Positions 56,800 to 64,000 of a DNA stretch of 64,000 nt are shown one piece after another. How positions within the stretch are numbered: position 1 is the stretch's first letter; each line of letters opens with the position of its first letter. The stretch is taken from contig JADJOA010000009.1 in NCBI GenBank assembly GCA_016714005.1, positions 15,419 to 79,418 on the forward strand. Reading direction: 5' to 3'. The notes beneath the pieces are model-generated. The model made no database searches and was not told the DNA's origin. It saw only the letters and a program-made list of their open reading frames with translations. Both the position numbers and the translations under genes were made by a program. The stretch is from Bacteroidota bacterium (GTDB lineage: Bacteria; Bacteroidota; Bacteroidia; AKYH767-A; OLB10).

Positions 56800-59700
56800 T
56801 TATCTCACAAGCGTTATTGAACCACGGTAGGTTTTATCGGCAACCTGCACAATAATGTAATATGTTCCGTCAGATAAATCGCTGCCTGTTCCGTCCTTTT
56901 TACCATTCCAGCAAGGTTTTGAAGATGAGCTTTCAAACACTTGCTTACCCCATCTGTTAAATACCTCAAACTTACTGCACTCTGCAAGATTTACTTCATT
57001 GCCCAGTTCAAAACAATCATTCAGTCCATCGCCATTAGGAGTTAATATATTGGGTATGTTACTGAAAATGTCTCCGATAATGCTTGATGCAAAATCAACA
57101 ACAGCCGTATCGTTACAAACATTATTGGTGGCAATAAGCGTAATTATATTGTTTCCTGATAAGCTGAACTGCACCTGTGGATTAATATCTGTGGATGTGC
57201 TGCCATCAGGGAAAATCCATAAATAAGTTAACGCATCAATACTGTTATTTGTTAATGTGCCGTCATATCCAGCACAGGTAACATCACTTAAATCGCCATC
57301 ATTAACAGTAAATGCCGCCTGAGGGTTAATGTTAATACTAACAGTTGTGGTGGTATCGGCACTGCACCCGTTGGCATCGGTAACAGTAACCACATACGTA
57401 GTTGACACCAAAGGTGAAGCCACAGGGTTTTGAGCATTGGCATTGTTAAGTGAAGCAGATGGAGTCCACAGATAACTGACTCCACCACTTGCAAATAACT
57501 GTGCATTGGTTCCTGAACAGATAAGTGTATCAGCATTTACAAATGGTATGGGTAATGGATTAACCGTAATAGTTACTGTTGCAGAATCAATGCAGGTGTT
57601 ACCGTCTGTAACCACAACCGTATAAGTGGTAGTTGATGATGGGTTAGCAACAGGATTACTAATTGTATCATTGCTTAAAGAACCACCACCAGGAGACCAT
57701 TGATAGCTGTTACCCCCACCGGCATTTAATTGAATAGTATTACCAATACAAATTGCAGAGTTGGATGTTACCGTAACTGTTGGCAATGAATTAACCGAAA
57801 CCAAAACAGAATCGGTGTTTTTACATCCATTACCATCAGTAACTAAAACAATGTAATTAGTAGCGGTTGTTGGATTTGCAAACGGGCTAGCACTGTTCGG
57901 GTCACTCAAACCTGTGGTTGGTGACCATACATAATTAGTACCTCCTGTTGCATTAAGAAACACACCCTGACCAATACATACGCTTACATCAGAACCTGCA
58001 TTGGCATTAGGCAAAGCGTTTACAATTAAATTGTAGTTTACAATATTGCCAACACATCCTAACGAATTGGTTTCAGTTACAGTAATTATTGCTGTACCGC
58101 TGGCAACCCAGTTACCTGCACTAATGCTATTTGTTCCATTCCCGGATAATATAGTCCCGCCACTAACAGTCCAGTTGTAAGTAGAGCCTACTGTAGCAGT
58201 TACTGAGAAAGCTCCAGAATCTGTTACACAAACTCCTACCGGACCGGCTATGGCTCCCGTTGCAGGTATTGGATTAATATTAATAACAAGCGTATCAGAA
58301 GAACCAAAGCATGTATCAACACTTGTGATACTTGTTTCCTGGTACCACAATAAAACTGTTGCTGGTCCGCTAACCGTCCAATCAACATTTACCGAGCTGT
58401 TGCCGTTACCACTAACAATTGTTCCTCCTTGAGCAAACCAATTATAAGTACTGCCGGGAGTTCCTAATGTGGCATAAGTAATTCCTTGCGCTGCATTTGC
58501 ACACAAAGTTGTTGGACCAATTGGTGCAACAGGAGTGAGTAATACGTTTATACTCACGTTATAAGAAACCGGATTTGATTCACAACCAAAGCTTGTTGTT
58601 TCTACAACAGTTACAATTCCTATCCCCGGTATTGTTGACCAATCAACTGTAATAGTATCAGTACCTTGACCTGTTGCAATTATTCCGTTTGTCACCACCC
58701 ACGTGTAAGATGAATTAGGATCAGGATTACTTATCCAATACTGAACACCTGTTACCCCTGGGCATACCGAACCATTTCCGAAAATAGCCGAAACAGTTGG
58801 TGCAGGATTAACATAGACCGAAATGGAATCAACGTCAACACAAAGCGCTGAACTGGTTCCTGTACACGTAAGTTGTGTTGGACGAAGGGCTCACAATAAT
58901 AGAGGCACCCGTTCCAATTATATTTCCACCCACACTCCATGCATAAGATGTGGCGCCATTACCTGTGAGAGTTAATGAATCGCCATCGCAAATAGTATCG
59001 TTGGCTGCTGTAATTTGAACAACAGGTATTGCATTAACGGTAACTGTAACCGAATTTATATTGGTGCAACTAAATCCATTTGATCCTGTAACAACATATG
59101 TGGTAGTTACAGAGGGGTTAACCGTGAACGAGGCGTTTGTGCTAATGACAGTGCCAGGCGCAGTTGAAATCTCCCAAGAATAATTGGTTGCACCCGTAGC
59201 CGTTAAAGTGGTACTATCACCTGCACAAAGCGAAGCCGGGCTTGCACTAGCTGTCACCACTGGTTGCGGGTTAACTGTAATGGTTATGCTGTCAGTTGTA
59301 AAACATCCGTTCAATTCAGTAGTTACAAAATAAGTATAAGTAGCAGGCGAACCTGTGTTGTTAGGTATAACAACAATCGGGTTTGAAATAGTAGTGCTGC
59401 TCAAACCGGTTGAAGGTGTCCAATTATATAAATACCCTGCAGTGGTGGCGGCACCTATCTGTAAGGTGTCACCTCCGCAAAGTGTTGCATCTGTTCCTGC
59501 TTCACTTATAGGATTTGGATTTACGGTTACAAGCACAGTATCATCATCTAGGCAGCCAAATAAATTGGTAGATAAAATATATGTAGTGATTACAGGTGAT
59601 GTTCCTGTATTTGTTAATGTAACGGTAGGGTTGCTTATGGTTGCACTGCTTAACCCGGTTGATGGGCTCCAGTTATAAACATAATTTGTTTGCGCGGGTG

Positions 59701-62700
59701 AGCCTATTATAGCAGAACCTCCACTGCAATAGATAACATCAGAACCTGCAATTGCAGTTGGCACAGGGCTAGAAATAACTTGCACCGAATCGGTAGTAGT
59801 GCAACCGTTTAGCGTGGTAACAACTACGTAATACAAAGTATCAGGTGTGGAGCCAGTATTATTTAGTGTAAGAACAGGATTAGAAATAGTTGTGCTGTTT
59901 AACCCTATGGCAGGACTCCAAGAATATGTATAACCTGTTGTGGAAGATGTTCCCAGTTGTACATTACCACCGGCACACAAAAATTGATTGGTACCTGCAT
60001 TTGACACAGGCAATGGGTTAATGGTTACGTCAACCGTATCCACAGCAATACATCCAAATAAATTTGCAGTAACAATATAACTTACGGTTATTGGAGAACC
60101 GGTTGTATTTGTTGCATTTACCACAGGGTCACTAATGATAGAACTGCTTAATCCGGTTGAAGGACTCCATGAGTATGTGTAGTTGTTTTGGGTGGAAGAA
60201 CCTATCTGCGCTGAACTTCCGCTACAATATATTACATCACTTCCGGCATTGGCTGCTGCGGCAGGTGCAGATATAACCTGGACAGTATCGGTAGTAGTGC
60301 AGGAACCAAATGTGGTGGTTACTACATAAAATAATGTATCAGGGAAAGAGCCGCTATTACTGAGGGTAAGAGTCGGATCTGAAATTGTATCACTACTTAA
60401 ACCATTGGCAGGTGTCCATGCGTATGTGTATCCTGCTGTTGATGTACCACCTAATTGCACTGTACCTCCAGCACATAAAAACTGGTTACCTCCTGCATTT
60501 GAAACTGGCGAAGGATTGATAGTAACGGTTACATCGTCTGTTGCTGTGCAGCCAAATAAATTAGTTGTAAGGGTATAAGTTGTTGTTATGGGTGATGTGC
60601 CTGTATTGGTTGTTGTAATCGTTGGGTCACTTATTGTAGAACTGCTCAAACCGCCAGCAGGAGACCATGAGTATGTATAATTAGCTTGAGATGCAGAACC
60701 AATTTGCACCAATGTGCCGCTACAATAAACTGTATCGAGACCTGCATTTGCGGCAGCCGCAGGGCTGGAGGTAACCTGTACTGTATCTGTACTTGTACAA
60801 CCATTAAGTGTTACAGTCACTATATAAATAAATGTAATGGGGCTTCCGCCTGTATTGGTTAATGTTACTGTTGGGTTTGAAATTGTTGTACTATTCAAGC
60901 CTAATGATGGAGTCCATTGATAAGTATAACCTGGGCTTGAAGATGTACCAATTTGTACTGAAGTACCTGAACACAACAACTGATTTTGTCCTGCATTAGC
61001 TGTTGGTGAAGGATTAACAGTAACCTCTACTGTGTCGGTATTACTACATCCACTCAAACTTGATGTAACAACATAGCTAAAAGTTTGAGGGATACCTGAG
61101 TTATTAATTAATGTAACTATTGGATTGCTGACGGTTGCACTGCTTAATCCTGTTGCCGGGATCCAGGAATAAGTTACCCCGGAAACTGAAGGAGAGCCAA
61201 TTGTTGCAGATGCCCCGCTGCAAATAGTTGCATCATTGCCTGCATCAGCGGCCGGAATCGGATTAATAGTAATATCAACGTTATCGGTAGCTGTGCATGT
61301 AAAAGTATTTTGAACTACAACAGTATAAGTTACAATAATTGGTGATGTTCCACTGTTGGTAACCGTTGCAGTTGGATTGCTCACAGATGTGCTGCTTAAT
61401 CCTGACGCAGGACTCCAAGAATAGGTATAACCCGCAACCGGATTACTTCCAATTACAACACTAGTATCAGAACAGGTTATTACATCTAAACCAGCATCGG
61501 CTGCCGGTAAGGGGTTTACCGTTACTTGCACTGTATCAGTATCTATACAACCGTTATTATTAACGGTTACTATATATGAACTGGTAATAGGAGTTGTTCC
61601 GGTATTTGTTAGCGTAACGGTAGGTGATGAAACATTTGCTCCTGATAAACCTGTAATTGGAGACCATAAATAAGTGTAACCTGGTGTTGATGTGGCACCA
61701 ATAGATGCTGAAGAGCCTGAGCAAAATGAAACATCATTACCAGCATTAGCAGCCGGTATGGCATTCAAAACCACCTGCAATCCTGTTTGACTATTGGTAG
61801 TACAGTTGTTTGCGTTTACACTTTCAACTATCACTACAGCAGTGCCTGTGCCGGTAAAATTTACAATTACACTATCTCCTGTATTGCTGCCAACTATGGT
61901 TCCATTAATAACAGACCACACGTGCGTATAACCGGGTTGGCTTGGTGTTGTGTATAAAATACCATTAGCATTTCCACACAAAGTATCAGGACCTAAAACC
62001 GCTAATGGTTTTGGCGTGTTCACTATATTAATTGTATAAACAATGTTTGTAGTTTTTGCAGGGCATCCTTTATCCGTGGCAATTAAACTAAACTGATATG
62101 GCACCGTAGAACCCTGATCGCATGATGTAACCCAGCAAAACTGACCCGTAGCAACTCCTAAACCCGATGCGTCCACAAAAGTTGCAGCAGGAGTTGTTAG
62201 CAGAGTATCAAAAATATCCCCTGTGTGTGTTATAAATAAACTATCGCCATTAGGATCAAAAAAACTTGGATTAAAACACAGCGTATCTCCCTCGTCAATT
62301 GTATATGTTATCTGTGTGCTTCCGGGTGCAAGATTCGGTGCCGGGTTTGCAGGACAAGCAATTACAATAATCTGTATATCTCTTCTCGATATCCCAACTA
62401 AAATACCATTTCTGAATTCTTCTATCTCTACAGCTACTACATAAAAACCCTGATTAGGGCTGTAGTACTGTGATAGTCCTGTGCTGTTGTTGATGGTAGC
62501 CGATCCTCCGGGACCAAACGGTGCGGTTACACTATACGTTGGCGCATAAGTAACATTGGGTATTTGCCACGGATAAATTGCAGGAGGATTAGGATTAGGG
62601 TTACCGCCATCAGAAACTCCTGCATAGGGAGTAGCAAAGGTGTAAACCAACAAATCGCCATCAGGATCAAAAGCCTGGTTAAGCACACTAGCAGTATCTG

Positions 62701-63265
62701 TGTTGCACACAAACGGAACCGGTGCTACAGCAAATGTGGGCGAGTTATTTACAACAGTTGGTGGTGGGGCTGCTGCATAATAAGCCTGCCCTGTATTGCC
62801 GGGTATATCTAAGTTGGCAATGTTATTATTACGACAGCATCTGTCTGAAATAAAATAGTATCCTGTATTGTTAGGCGGTACTGAAACTATCCCTTCATAA
62901 ATGCCCTCCTCCACGCATACACTCGGAGCAAATGTGCAGGTATCACTCCCATTCGGAGGAGTAATAGCTTGCTGAATAATCAAATCAAGCGTGCCGGAAA
63001 ATATCTGAATTTTATCTCCTGTTGAGTTTAACGTATCATCTTCATACACCCCAATGTTCATATCTACTGGCAGCAAGGATGAGCCTGGATCGCACAAACG
63101 AAATAATTCTAGGCGAAGCTTATAACGATAATTACCAGTTGCGGAATCTAATCCAAGATATTGATAGCTGAGATTGCCACCCATAATGTGTGTAGCAAAA
63201 GACTGCATGTTGCATAACAACATTGCAAACAAAAAGGCGAACCGCCATAGTAAATTTTTAAGCAT
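56800..63265 (-). CDS. Giant (about 2150 aa) SprB-like cell-surface adhesin. Built from about 13 tandem repeats of about 80 aa and ending in a gliding-motility-associated (T9SS type B) C-terminal domain. One frame break near 58700-58850.
   Basis: Signal peptide MLKNLLWRFAFLFAMLLCNMQSFA. Repeats of the form A(N/D)AGxDxxxCxG...GYTYxWSPxxGLSxxxxSNPxxT...YxVxVT..GC..TDxVxVTVNPxP. C-terminus ...NILTPNGDGLNDCFELG...FNRWGKQVF...GTYYIIVQ (type-B CTD). Confidence 0.8.
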
Positions 63266-63478
63266 AAATTAAAGGTTCTGTTAGAGAGAAGGTTTGGTAA
63301 ATTTGATTCTAAGGTGTGGCTAAAATAGATTTTTATCCAATTAACAAAAAGAAATTATAATAACTGAGCTACTTTTAAAACAAACGAAAGTGCTAAGTGT
63401 CTAAAAATATTACTTCATAAACAATTTATACAGTTAATATTGATTTGGTTTAAAACCCCTTTCTTTACAGCCTTCATA

Positions 63479-64000
63479 AAGATCGGCTTGAAAAAATCCT
63501 CATCATACAAACCGCTTTTATTGGCGATGTAATTCTTGCTACAGCTGTAGCGGAAAAACTGCATTTATTCTATCCTGAGGCAACCATTGATTTTGTGATT
63601 AGAAAGGGCAATGAAAGTTTGTTAGCTCAGCATCCTTTTATAAAACATGTTTTTGTCTGGAATAAAAAGGAAGGAAAAATTTCCGGATTCATCAAAATAA
63701 TTAAAACACTGCGTAAGCAGAAATATGATTTGTGCATTAACCTGCAACGTTTTTTCACTTCGGGCTTAATGGCGATATTGTCAGGCTCAAAAGAAATAAG
63801 AGGATTTGACAAAAACCCGATGTCGTTTGTTTACACTAAAAATTACCCCATAACATTGGCAACGGAAAACATGAAACTGAAAGAAACCATCTGTTGATTG
63901 AAGACCTTACGGATTCTAAAACAGCATTGCCAAAATTATATCCATCCATTGAGGATTTTAAAGTGGTTGAAGGTTATAAAAAACAAAAATATGTTTGTTT
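63479..64000 (+). CDS. Glycosyltransferase family 9 (heptosyltransferase-like). Frameshift near 63897. 3' end outside window.
   Basis: KILIIQTAFIGDVILATAVAEKLHLFYPEATIDFVIRKGNESLL...KYDLCINLQ is the GT9 N-terminal signature. Confidence 0.6.

Noticed and set aside
59355-62812. Three plus-strand ORFs (73-107 aa) inside the giant adhesin gene.
   Set aside because: Low-complexity translations lying antisense to a Thr/Ser/Gly-rich coding repeat. These are expected by chance.
56800-63265. A ~240-bp periodic repeat structure that could be mistaken for a CRISPR-like array.
   Set aside because: The repeats are long (240 bp), lie in one continuous ORF and translate to a conserved protein repeat. There are no short direct repeats with unique spacers, so this is not CRISPR.

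Overview
Bacteroidetes chromosomal window, mostly housekeeping genes interleaved with many Type IX secretion system (T9SS) cargo proteins. Part 1 overview: the conserved thrS-infC-rpmI-rplT operon; an ECF sigma factor with a downstream anti-sigma/outer-membrane beta-barrel gene; pyrE, birA, rsfS-ftsH; a bifunctional RelA/SpoT (p)ppGpp enzyme; thiolase, proline dehydrogenase, homogentisate 1,2-dioxygenase; ruvC, dipeptidyl-peptidase IV, Mpg-type 3-methyladenine glycosylase, an RsmB-like methyltransferase, a trans-sulfuration PLP enzyme, sucC, agmatinase, endonuclease III, a tRNA-Ser(UGA), and a GT9 heptosyltransferase-like gene at the 3' edge. T9SS cargo: at least eight secreted proteins carry a T9SS C-terminal sorting domain (M43 metalloprotease, alpha/beta-hydrolase, LVIVD-repeat protein, Cys-rich PKD protein and others). 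There are two type-B (gliding-motility-associated) CTD proteins plus one orphan type-B CTD fragment; one of the two is a giant SprB-like adhesin of about 2150 aa (56800..63265) built from about 13 tandem 80-aa repeats. Key caveat: about 25 genes, including essential ones (thrS, rpmI, sucC), are split by +1/-1 frameshifts that mostly sit in A/T homopolymer runs. I read this as sequencing/assembly indel error rather than real pseudogenes, and I report gene spans across the breaks. Part 2 overview: no CRISPR array, integrase, transposase, restriction-modification, toxin-antitoxin or other recognisable mobile or defence module is visible. The most unusual content is the giant repeat adhesin with a higher-order super-repeat, a minimal type-B-CTD-only protein, the sigma/anti-sigma/beta-barrel module, a 730-bp non-coding gap upstream of relA, and a small cluster of uncharacterised envelope proteins (outer-membrane protein, MazG-like, GWxTD).
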